From: Neoechinorhynchus agilis
Taxonomy: Eukaryota; Animalia; Acanthocephala
Assembly: GCA_051530055.1 (NCBI GenBank)
Contig: CM121343.1
Coordinates: 3,132,389-3,196,388 of the forward strand
Length of the DNA: 64,000 nucleotides
Reading direction: 5' to 3'
A program made the position numbers and the translations under genes. Under the pieces are notes generated by a model. It worked only from the letters and a program-made list of their open reading frames with translations, ran no database searches and was not told the DNA's origin. Below, in pieces: positions 42,527 through 53,720 of this stretch; within the stretch, counting starts at the first letter, position 1, and each line of letters begins with the position of its first letter.

Positions 42527-44133
42527 TTAGTTTATGTAAAGTTTCTCCATCATTGGTACCAATCTGCAACTGTTCGAGGCTTTACTTGAGAATCGTCTTC
42601 GAATGACCGATAAATCTGGTTTTAGCTTCGCGATGAATTGATTGGTTTTTGAACGGATTCGACCGTGAATATAAGCCTATATATTCTCTTTAGAAAGCAC
42701 CAAAAATCAAAGGAACCTTTGAACTCTTGATATGGTAATTTAGATAAGTCCTAAATGTATGCATTAAATCGATTGTCTGCTGTTGCCGCTCGCTCGTTGT
42801 AATATGGCGTTGATGGAAAACTTGAAACACAAAAGGGCAAATAATTATTAAAAAATTAGGATTGCTTACTGAATGTAATATAGCCACTAGAACTTTGATT
42901 TTTCTTTTGAGAAATGCTCATATGACTATTCTGAATACAAAAGTATTAAACGGATATTGAAAAAATGTGTAGCCTATCGATGAGACTATAAGAAAATTTT
43001 ATTACATTTGTTTTAGAGGACAGGAGGAAATTCTCGCTCCCATAAAAAATGGAAAATAATGAAGTACGTAGAAGCGTGTGAGTTATGCGACAAAATGTTT
43101 CTACGCTTGGTAGCGAAAACAAGAAAAATAACAGCACTAAAATTGTTGAACGTTTCAAAAAATAAAACCACAAGTTCCCATAATGTCATTGAGAATAGTA
43201 ATATCGTGTTGTAAAATCGGTCTTATTTCCAAAGGTGGGACTTTCTGGCTAAATTGAATGATAGGTGCCACCTGATTGACCCTTAAACCCTCTCTAAACT
43301 CCTGCATCAACACTTTGGCTATGACGACATCATCCGAGTCTTTGAACACTACACTGAATATAACACAGACTTGTTCGTGTACTGCATTAATGTACCTAGA
43401 AAAATTGTGATAAAAAACGGGGGGGGGGGAAAGCAGTATTGCTCACATGATTTCATCTTGTTGAAAATGAATCACAGTAGGTTTAAGATTTAAATCAAAT
43501 TTATCCTTCTTTGAATCTAGTGCTTTTTTGAAGTGATGCTCGAAGGCAGAAGCCAAGCAGTTGCGTTTTATATGTCCGATATTTCGAATTGTTTCTTTAC
43601 AGCCATCTTCATCTTGCATGGAAAGTTTAAGAATATCGACCGAAAGAGAGATATTGTATCCTTTGACACGAGAAACACCTCATAGTTATCCAAAAAAAAG
43701 GTAACCTTCTCACCATCTTCTTTGGATTCAGTAGAAATTGATCCATAAGTAAGATTTACAAAAGATCCACACATGAAGAGTTCTCCATTTATGTGCAGAT
43801 CTCATTTAAACGTTCATATAAACCAAAAGGAATAAGGTCTTCAAAATAAGGTATGCAAACGTTTATCTAATTTTTCTTTTCAATGAAACGCGTAAGTGAT
43901 TTTATTCATACCATTAGTCGATACGGATCTACTGGACCGTTATTCCTTATTAAGTATGTAACTCGATCAAAATCAACGGAAAGATTGCTAATTCGTATAG
44001 GTTTTAAGTCACTTTAAAAATCTGTTGAATATAATACGAAACGAATTTCGACTTACTTGCTCGATTTGTACTGTTCAATGAGATTAGTTAATAAGTATTC
44101 TATAGCTTTGCATCCTGCATCGATAAAAATCAT
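42527..44133 (-). CDS. ARPC2: Arp2/3 complex subunit 2 (p34-Arc); 5 GT-AG introns plus 3 non-canonical inserts
   Basis: MIFID..., VDFDRVTY, HIKRNCLASAFE, VFKDSDDVVIAKVLMQEFREG, PPLE, GYITF, HTFRTYLNYHIKSSKAYIH. Confidence 0.93.
42920..43204 (-). other. Non-canonical hairpin insert ARPC2-c (281 nt, direct repeat ATAT)
   Basis: Terminal stem ACTATTCTCAAT/ATTCAGAATAGT; no phase-compatible GT donor; removal restores frame PPLE...GYITF. Confidence 0.7.
43588..43657 (-). other. Non-canonical hairpin insert ARPC2-b (65 nt, direct repeat ACAAT)
   Basis: Stem TCTTTCGGTCGAT/ATGGCTGTAAAGA; removal gives SKDTIRNIGHIKRNC. Confidence 0.78.
43754..43808 (-). other. Non-canonical hairpin insert ARPC2-a (50 nt, direct repeat TAAAT)
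   Basis: Stem GAGATCTGCACAT/ATGTGTGGATCTT; removal gives ERLNLTYGS, gap-free against human ELLKRVYGS. Confidence 0.85.
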
Positions 44134-45589
44134 CTAAAAAGTCAATTTCTTCGAACATTGGGCTAGCATCAGAATAGCTCTATAAAATCCGCAAAGAATG
44201 GATATTTTTCCATCTATAAATCAGTTTCTTTGACTTAGATTCCATCCGCACGGCAAGCCAATTAAGTTCACGATTTTCGGAAATGCCGATTTTTTAAAGC
44301 ACTGGTTCCGGTCTAAAATGACAAAAGTGAATTCATTTGACACTTTTATGAATTTTTAAAACCTTGAATTATCCTTCGTATGAAGCAGCTTTGGTTACGA
44401 ATTATAAATTGTAAAATGAGGGGGCGATATTAATAAAATTCAATTTTAATATTTCGCCCTCATCAAAACGAATAATAAATTGTCCGCATTTTTATTAATC
44501 GTCGATTTAACAACCAGACCAACATTCTGATCGCAGTCCATTTTAAACTATTAAATGGTTTAAATTCTCAAATATATGTATAAAAATGAAGTTTACATTT
44601 CGATTTTCGTCAAAATCCCGATTATTCCTGAACTTTTTAGGCGCCAAACAGTATCAATAACAGTTTCAATTAGCGATGTTTGATTTAGAAAATAGATTTA
44701 TCTCGAAAATTTTCGGCTTTTTCGTTGGCCTTTTCAGCCAATTGACTGCAAGTTTATAACGGATAATTTCTTTACAAAGTATCAATATCCTAGAAATGAA
44801 ATCAAAGCCGCACATCATTGAACATTGCTGATAGTTTAATGTTCAATCCACCTTCAATTAAAACAAATTGAATACCGACGATCAAAATGCTACGTGACTT
44901 AACGCATTTTACGTATAGGACAAAATGGACGAATACGTGTCTGGAAGAAAGCAAAGAAATTGTAAGTCACATTTCGAAATGATATATTGGAACCATTGTC
45001 TATTCAATTGATTATTGGTAAATGCTTTGATTATTTATCTTCTGTTCTTACATTTCTTATACCTTTTCTCTCTTAAACCGTAGTCTTGTAAAATTAAAGA
45101 TTGATTAGTGACATAAAAGCCAACTATTTTCTTTTTCAATGGATTTTGCATTATATTTTTTGTTTTTTAATAACACTTTAGAATATAAAATTCAATCTTT
45201 CTGATCTTCACTTCTCGAAAATCTTCCTTTCTTGTTCAACCCTTAACCGCCTCAATATGGAATAATTAAACCCTTGATGGTATTCCAAATTTAAATGCTT
45301 GTTTTCTGGCGTAAAAAATTTAAAGAATTTACAAGATCCAATATTTCGACACAACTTCATAAAGGCACGATATTGCGGCTCCGAAATATCGGATCTAATA
45401 AATTCTTTTAATTTTTTAGCCAGAAAACAAGTATGAGTAGTCCAATCTTTGAAAATGAGCCGTTCTTGTTGAAATGAGCGTTAAAGAAAAATCATACATC
45501 GAAGATCACAAAAAATGGCTACATCCTTCTGTTTGCCATGAAATTTATGTTTTTTGGACCGGATCGAAAATATTTTATTGAGATCAAAA

Positions 45590-47985
45590 AAGGTTTTCAG
45601 CTTATTTTTTGGGGGCATACAACCACGCCGATCTCTCAAAGAAGTGATTGAATCACTTAATAAACTTCTGAACCACAAGGTTATGAGTTTTGTACTCAAC
45701 ACTCCGCTCCTCCCTTCAACGAGGTATTTCGTCCCCAAAATATTTTATTCTTATATTTCACGAGGAGGAAGCCTCGTCAGTCCTCAAAAGACGTTTTCGG
45801 CTTATTTTCCTTTTTTGGACACACATCCACGCTGAATTCTCAAAGAAGTGATTGAATCACTTAATAAACTTCTGAACCACAAGGTTATGAGTTTTGTACT
45901 CAACACTCCGCTCCTCCCTTCAACGAGGTATTTCGTCCCCAAAATATTTTATTCTATATTTCACGAGGAGGAGGCCTCGTCAGTCCTAAAAAAACGTTTT
46001 TGGCTTATTTTCCTTTTTTTGGAAACACAGCCACGCTGAATTCTCAAAGAAGTGATTGAATCACTAAATAAACTTCTGAACCACAAGGTGATGAGTTTTG
46101 TACTCAACACTTCACTCCCCCTTCAACGAGGTATTTCGTCCCCAAATTATTTTATTCTTATATTTCACGAGGAGGAGGCCTCGTCAGTCCTAAAAAAACG
46201 TTTTCGGCTTATTTTCCTTTTTTAGGCATACAGCCACCCCGATCTCTCAAAGAAGTGATTCAAAACTTAATAATCTTCTGAACCACAAGGTTATAAGTTT
46301 TTGTACTGAACACTCCGCTCCTCCCTTCAACGAGGTATTTCGTCCCCAAAATATTTTATTCTTATATTTCACGAGGAGGAGGCCTCGCCAGTCCTCAAAA
46401 AACGTTTTTGGCTTATTTTCCTTTTTTTGGACATACAGCCACGCTGAATTCTCAAAGAAGTGATTGAATCACTTAATAAACTTCTGAACCACAAGGTTAT
46501 GAGTTTTGTACTCAACACTTCACTCCTCCCTTCAACGAGGTATTTCGTCCCCAAAATATTTTATTCTTATATTTCACGAGGAGGAAGCCTCGTCAGTCCT
46601 CAAAAAACGTTTTCGGCTTATTTTCCTTTTTTGGGCACACAGCCACGCTGAATTCTCAAAGAAGTGATTCAAAACTTAATAAACTTCTGAACCACAAGGT
46701 TATGAGTTTTGTACTCGACACTCCGCTCCTCCCTTCAACGAGGTATTTCGTCCCCAAAATATTTTATTCTTATATTTCACGAGGAGGAGGCCTCGCCAGT
46801 CCTCAAAAAACGTTTTTGGCTTATTTTCCTTTTTTTGGACATACAGCCACGCCGATCTCTCAAAGAAGTGATTGAATCACTTAATAAACTTCTGAACCAC
46901 AAGGTTATGAGTTTTGTACTCAACACTTCACTTCTCCATTCAACGAGGTATTTCGTCCACAAAATATTTTATTGAGATATTTCACGAGGAGGAAGCCTCG
47001 TCAGTCCTCAAAAAACGTTTTCGGCTTATTTTCCTTTTTTGGACATACAGCCACGCTGAATTCTCAAAGAAGTGATTGAATCACTTAATAAACTTCTGAA
47101 CCACAAGGTTATGAGTTTTGTACTCAACACTCCGCTCCTCCCTTCAACGAGGTATTTCGTCCCCAAAATATTTTATTCTATATTTCACGAGGAGGAGGCC
47201 TCGCCAGTCCTCAAAAAACGTTTTCAGCTTATTTTCCTTTTTTGGGCATACAACCACGCCGATCTCTCAAAGAAGTGATTGAATCACTAAATAAACTTCT
47301 GAACCACAAGGTTATGAGTTTTGTACTCAACACTTCACTCCCCCCTTCAACGAGGTATTTCGTCCCCAAAATATTTTATTCTTATATTTCACGAGGAGGA
47401 AGCCTCGCCAGTCCTCAAATAACGTTTTCAGCTTATTTTCCTTTTTTGGGCATACAGCCACGCTGAATTCTCAAAGAAGTGATTGAATCACTAAATAAAC
47501 TTCTGAACCACAAGGTTATGAGTTTTGTACTCAACACTCCGCTCCTCCCTTCAACGAGGTATTTCGTCCCCAAAATATTTTATTCTATATTTCACGAGGA
47601 GGAGGCCTCGCCAGTCCTCAAAAAACGTTTTCAGCTTATTTTCCTTTTTTGGGCATACAACCACGCCGATCTCTCAAAGAAGTGATTGAATCACTAAATA
47701 AACTTCTGAACCACAAGGTTATGAGTTTTGTACTCAACACTTCACTCCCCCCTTCAACGAGGTATTTCGTCTCCAAAATATTTTATTCTTATATTTCACG
47801 AGGAGGAAGCCTCGCCAGTCCTCAAATAACGTTTTTGGCTTATTTTCCTTTTTTGGACACACAGCCACGCTGAATTCTCAAAGAAGTGATTCAAAACTTA
47901 ATAATCTTCTGAACCACAAGGTTATAAGTTTTGTACTGAACACTCCGCTCCTCCATTCAACGAGGTATTTCGTCCCCTTTTTGGT
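45590..47985. repeat. About 203-204 bp tandem array, about 12 copies, with 407-bp dimeric structure
   Basis: gaagtgattgaatcacttaataaacttctgaaccacaagg recurs; identical ORFs at 47072/47479 and 47242/47649. Confidence 0.95.
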
Positions 47986-48289
47986 TATGATTCATGGGCA
48001 ATCGTTGATTTGAACTTTTTGACCACCATGAAACTTGGATTAAAAGCCGACTAATGGATGATGTTCTAAACAGTTAAAAAAGAAGGTTTTATATTGTAAG
48101 GCTCTGGTATGCAAGAATAACAAAAACCTTTTTGATGAAGCGAAAATATTTTCGATCCGATTGATTATGATCAATGTGTTGCTGTTTATCTCCCTTTCAT
48201 TCTAGCGTAAACATTTATTATTCTATCACGATAGCCGTTTATTTTCTCAGTGTATACGTGCTCCCAGCTTTCTTAAACGTGCTTAAATA

Positions 48290-48951
48290 TTGCCTTCACA
48301 CGTTTGGGACCTCTTCAAAATCTCTTTTTAATACCTTCCACTCCATTTGATGTTTTCTTCGCTGGAAATTCCAATGAGCACAAATTTTATTCTGAAATTG
48401 GGGCTATGATTGTTTGCGTCTTCGTTGTTTCCAAAGCTGCTTCGATCGATTTAAACCTCAAAAAAAACATCTTCATGCTTACTTTAAATATTTCAGCATT
48501 GGAGTCCGAGTACGGAATGTTTATTCTCTCCAGTGAGTGTTTGCACTTCTTAGACGACTATTTTATAAATTTCAATTGTCTGTGTGTTTTGTCACATCGT
48601 TACGGATATTTGAGGAGGCGAATTTTACTTTTGAACATATCCAAATGTCTTGTCTTACTAAAATCGACTGCATGCCAAACCGTCCTCGTCCTCAATTTGG
48701 TAGACAACAACAGTCTAAAATTTTTGCATATGTTGACCGTATCCTCTGCGAAGAACTTCAGTCCATGAATGAAGAGCTAAGAAACAACCTAAAAGAGTAT
48801 CCTTTGATCGGATTGATATGGATTGTCTGTTGAGAAAGGAACTTTATCCGAAAAGGAGTTGAGAGTCCGATAATTTAAATGACCTTTTCTCACTAAATCT
48901 TTGAGCTTGCCAAAGGGTACACGAATAAGTTGAACCGTTGTTAGAATTCAT
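48290..48951 (-). CDS. Probable F-box protein, fragmented; 3' exons unresolved
   Basis: Minus strand LSDSQL..LFIHGLKFF...ICKNFRLLL...VWHAVDFS resembles an F-box motif; gtaagc donor after AEIFK. Confidence 0.4.
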
Positions 48952-49659
48952 TTTTTTTATGTTTATATTTGTTTCATATCATCATTAAATTTTAGTGGTT
49001 TGGCTTTATACCTAAAATTTAATGATGCTTCAATTTACGAATACAAAACGATTTTGCCGTTGTATCCCATTGCCATTTTCGTATATTGTTGAATTTGACT
49101 GCTACAATGTTTTCGTGTCAATGAAGGAACTTTTAACAATCGAATCGGTTCAATTCTCGATTTTTTGGCTTTTCTTTCAAATGAACGTTATTAAAGTGGT
49201 GATTTTTCGTTCTATTAAAATATGTAGCGTCCTACGTAAAGATCATCTTAAAGGTATGTTCACCGTTCGCCATTGTCCCTCTTTCTTTCTCTGTCTTAAA
49301 TTCACAAAAAACGACTAAGTTTGATTACCCGAAGTGAGTTTGTAAACTATGACTAATTATAGCGCCGCGGTGTTGTTTAATTTTAAATATTCCAATTGAA
49401 TTTTTTTAAAGATGATGAATTTTTCTCTATTTCCCAATGTTAATTTAGTATATAATTATTCGCCGTCCTCGATTGTCACTTGAATGCTTGCAGTGTTGCC
49501 TCTCAACACGGAGATGCTGATATTTTCTGTGAAAACCGTCCGAAATGCGATATTGAAGTTTTCAAAGTGACGTAACGATTCTCGCATGGATCGTGTATCT
49601 GAAAGAATCATAAATTTATATTGCTGTTAATAATGTTGATGCTGATGCACATATTTCAG

Positions 49660-50913
49660 ATGTCCCGAAGATCTCCGTGTGGACCGTTCAATAGCCCGAC
49701 AATGCATCAGAGTCGGCGTGGTGGTCAGTTGGCCATGAGTGGTTTGGGAAGAGGCAATTCGCCGCCGTCGTCATCATCGATGAATCATTCAAGTAGACGA
49801 GACGATCGTGGAATAGGATGCAAAGTGTATATTGGTAATTTGACTCGATCGACAGATAAGGACGAGATTGAACGCGCTTTTTCACACTATGGAAAAGTGC
49901 ATAGTGTGTTCATTGCTCGGAACCCTCCTGGATTTGGTTTTGTTGAGTTCGACGATCCGCGTGATGCCCAGGAGAGTGTCGCGAGCCTGGACGGAAGGTT
50001 TGATGAAAAGGTTTAAGTTAGTTTAGATTGTGTCTTATTTGATTTTAGGAAGATTGGTGAGACTCATATAAGAGTTCAGATGGCTCATGGTCGTCGACGC
50101 GGAAGTGCTCAACGGCAACTAAGTCAACAAACAGGTCAACCGATTAAGCATCGTCATCACAATCATCGGCACGTGTCACCCGGTGGCCGCCGATCATCGG
50201 CGACTAGGTAATTATCTCTCTTCTATACGTCATCAGCGTCTTCAGTCGTCTCTCCCCCGCCAACACTTTCACACTCACATCATGCTTGGAATTGTAAGTT
50301 CGGTTCATTTTTGTTTTACTAGAGAGTGCGAATTTTTTTTGAGAGATAGAGATCATAAATTGAAATAATAACGGGATTTTCGCTTTAGAATTCGATCTAC
50401 AAGTCGGCCTCGCCATATTTATGTGTTTTTCCAACAAAAAACGAACTGGGTTACTAGTACACTTTCATTTTGGAGAAGAACACATGATTTAAGCATAGAA
50501 AGCGGCGTAGGTCGAGTTCTTCCGGGGACAGACATCGACGTCATCATCACAAGTGTCATCGGTGTCGACATAAACGTCATCGGTATCGCCATTCAAAAAG
50601 GCATCGTTCTTGGACTTATTCGACGTCACCGTTTGCTAGTAGTTCAGATGAGTACACAAGCTGTGAAAGGGGAAGTTCTAGGAGTGATGAAAGCTTAGAG
50701 CGACATCACAAGAGAAGACGACGGGATCCATCATCGACGACCGATAATATGCCGCAGAATTCAGCGTCCGGATTGAGGTGCAAGCATGGACTTAAAAGGA
50801 AGCAGCGACAAAAAAGGCACACTGAAGCAACCACGACGACGACGCAGCAGCAGCAGCAGCAGAAGATATTGTTGCCGGTCACCACCCAAACAAATCGGTT
50901 AATGATACAATGA
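49660..50913 (+). CDS. SRSF3/SRSF7 (RBP1/9G8)-like SR splicing factor; 3' structure complex and may extend to 51209
   Basis: CKVYIGNL...[21 protein letters not shown]...LDGR RRM, GT-AG intron 49998-50048, downstream R/S/H-rich frame. Confidence 0.85.
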
Positions 50914-51209
50914 GTGAAAATAAAAACGAAATTGCAGCCAATAAGAAAAAGAAAAGACAGTACCGTCGAAAAAAACGAACTCTTTCGGAATCGTCTAGTA
51001 CCAGTGGTCATTCGTCCAACTCTTCTTCTTCGTCTTCAAACAGTGATGTGGAAGTCTGTAAAGGAGGAGATGCGTTCCGCAATGCTATTGATCCCGCCGA
51101 TCGCCACAACGATAATCCGTCCAATGAATTGGTCGATAAATCAAATGGAAGTGATAGCACCCGTTCTTCCAAGTTGCCAAGCACAAATGAAAGTGGAGCT
51201 GAATTATGA
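50910..51209 (+). CDS. K/S-rich ORF, probably the last part of the SR gene rather than a separate gene
   Basis: Frame open from about 50826; overlaps the stop of the RS frame (ATGA). Confidence 0.35.
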   Translation: MSENKNEIAANKKKKRQYRRKKRTLSESSSTSGHSSNSSSSSSNSDVEVCKGGDAFRNAIDPADRHNDNPSNELVDKSNGSDSTRSSKLPSTNESGAEL

Positions 51210-51589
51210 GAGCAAATTATGCTGCTTTCAAAATGATTAATCGGAAATGAACGAATGATATTGCAATAATCTTTTTGTGCGAGCAAATTTATCCATTACA
51301 CGTTCCTATTTGTCGCGGATATCACCGATTTCGCGTGTGCAATGATGAAACTTGTTGATCTCAACAAAGCTAAATTACACATCGAGTTCCAGATTTAACC
51401 AATTTTTTAAAATGAGAAACATTGATTTTTATAAGATTAAAGTCAAGCAGATCCTCAATGCGAACGAGGTGACTTGATTAACTCTTCTGAAAATAATTAA
51501 CGTGAATTTCCCACTCAAAGATGGATACTGAAGGTTAAAATGTAGATATGTGACCAGGTCACAAGAAAGAGGAGGTTTTGTTAAGTTTT

Positions 51590-51932
51590 TATTTTAAGTT
51601 TTACTGGCAAGCCGGTTTGTTCCATATTATCATTAAAAAAAATTTGTCCCTTCTTGTCGGCTTATTTTTACGCATAAAGCCAAACAAATTACATCAGAGA
51701 AGTGATATTACCAGTTGCTAATGCACGATTAAAAGTTTGTACATTCCTCCGGGTTCTCAGATACCTTCAGGAGAAGGAGACTGATCAGGGAGTTTCCTCC
51801 ATTCAACGAGGTTCTTCGACCCCTGTGCAATTGGGTTGGTTTTATGCCTAAAAAATAAGCCGGACAAGAAAGGACAAACTGAAATTTAATGATAATATAG
51901 AACAAACCGGCTTGCCAGTAAAACGTAAAATA
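51590..51932. mobile_element. MITE with about 80-bp terminal inverted repeats
   Basis: ttttactggcaagccggtttgttc...ggcttattttt / aaaaataagccgg...gaacaaaccggcttgccagtaaaa; interior repeated inverted at about 52070-52270. Confidence 0.85.
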
Positions 51933-51989
51933 GAATGCAGCGCTCACCTTCAGTCGAAAAACTGGCTTAGTTTGACATTCCGTAGTTGT

Positions 51990-52061
51990 GTCGAGGTGGT
52001 CAAGTGGACTAATTACCTTGATCCAAATTAAGGGTCAACTGGTTCGAATCCGTTACCGCTA
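51990..52061 (+). ncRNA. tRNA-like (SINE-head-like) sequence, probably not a functional tRNA
   Basis: A-box-like tggtcaagtgg, B-box ggttcgaatcc, anticodon-like stem; acceptor stem does not pair; partial inverted copy near 53560-53605. Confidence 0.5.
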
Positions 52062-52830
52062 ATGGCACACTACCAAAAGGGACGAAATACATCGTTGAAG
52101 GGAGGAAACTCACTGATGAGTCCCGCCTCTTGGAGGTATCTGAGAATCCGGAGGAATGTACAAACTTTTTATCGTGCATTAGAGACCGGTTATATCACTT
52201 CTCTGATGTAATTTGTTTGGCTTTATGCTTAAAAATAAGCCGACAAGAAGGGACAAACTAAAATTTAATGACGATTCATTAAATTCGTTTCGAACATCGT
52301 TGGGTAGACGGATAAGACCTTTTTCGATGTCGGAGTATGAAAATAAGCAATTTGAAGCTTGAAACGGACCCCTTTCTAAAATTCAAAAAAAATAAGAATA
52401 CATTTGAGTCGCTAGTTTTATTGTAAAATAGCAGGAAATCATATTCATCATATAACTTTTTTGAAAATATCAAGTTGTCAAGCGCAATTATTAAGTTCAA
52501 CAGATTCGTCCATACACGATTCAGCGTTAAAAATGTTATTTAGATAAAAATCCCTCAGATCTTAATGCCATCGAGTGCCACAATAGTCAATATTTAAACT
52601 CTGGTGTGAAACTAAAATGTCATTAAATCTTCTCGTGATAACTGCAAATGATTAAAGTACATCTCTTAAATTGAACGGCATTGAGACATCTTCTCTTTAT
52701 TCCGAAGGTAATTATTCACTGTTAATTTAATTGCTTTGGAATTTTAGAAAGTGGTCCATTTAAGTTCCGGATTTCACATTTTCATAATCCGAGATCTAAA
52801 CCTACACCTTTAGAAAACATTTTATTAAAG

Positions 52831-53315
52831 ACGTTTCCAATTAATCAACTGATTATGAATCCGATGAGGTTCGAAATGAACTTAATAAAAAGTTATTTAC
52901 CGGTTGAAGACCAAAAACAACAAATATAATGTTTGAAGATTGAATTGTTCACGTTTTTATATGGCGGAAAAAATTGAATTAATTGAATCTGATATTTCGG
53001 CATAATCTTGCGCAGACGAACTTACAACGACCTTTGTCGCATTCAATAAATTGCTTTAGCTTTTCCGCAGTATAAAAACGTTTCCAATTAATAAACTGAT
53101 TATGAATCTCATGAGGTTCGAAATGAACTTAATAAAAAGTTATTTACCGGTTGAAGACCAAAAACAACAAATATAATGTTTGAAGATTGAATTGTTCACG
53201 TTTTTATATGGCGGAAAAAATTGAATTAATTGAATCTGATATTTCGGCGCAATGTTGCGCAGACGAACTTACAACGACCTTTGTCGGATTCAATAAATTG
53301 CTTTAGCTTTTCAGT
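52831..53315. repeat. Two-copy tandem duplication, 247-bp unit
   Basis: acgtttccaattaa... starts at 52831 and 53078. Confidence 0.9.
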
Positions 53316-53339
53316 CGTATAAAGAAACAAAATTTAATA

Positions 53340-53720
53340 TTTGGTATCTATATGCGGTCTTTTGCACGGCTGATAATTTTCCTTGGGCACACAGCCCACC
53401 GATCTCCTGCATCAGAAAAGTGATTGAATCACTTAGACTCTGATGCATACGGTAAAGAATTTGTACATCCTCGTCCGGATTCTCAGATACCTCCCGATGA
53501 GGCGGGACTCATAAGTGAGTTTTCTCCCCCTTCAACGATGTATTTCGTCCCCTTTGGTTGTGCGCCATTGGCGGTAACGAATTCGAACCAGTTGACCCTT
53601 AACTACCGCATGGTTCAACAGGATATTAAGTGAGTTTATGCGCTTCCCTGAACCAGATCGATGGGTTGTGTGTCTAAGAAAAATTATCAGCCGTGGAAAA
53701 AGATCGTACATTGATACTTA
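53340..53720 (-). mobile_element. Dispersed element related to the 203-bp satellite and to 51700-52200
   Basis: Shares gggcacacagcc, aagtgattgaatcactta and cccttcaacga.gtatttcgtcccc. Confidence 0.7.

Noticed and set aside
45481-47873. Repeated ORFs MIESLNKLL...
   Set aside because: Translations of the 203-bp satellite.
48304-48833. Plus-strand ORFs 48304-48768 and 48537-48833
   Set aside because: No family match; the minus strand gives an F-box-like reading with a proper donor.
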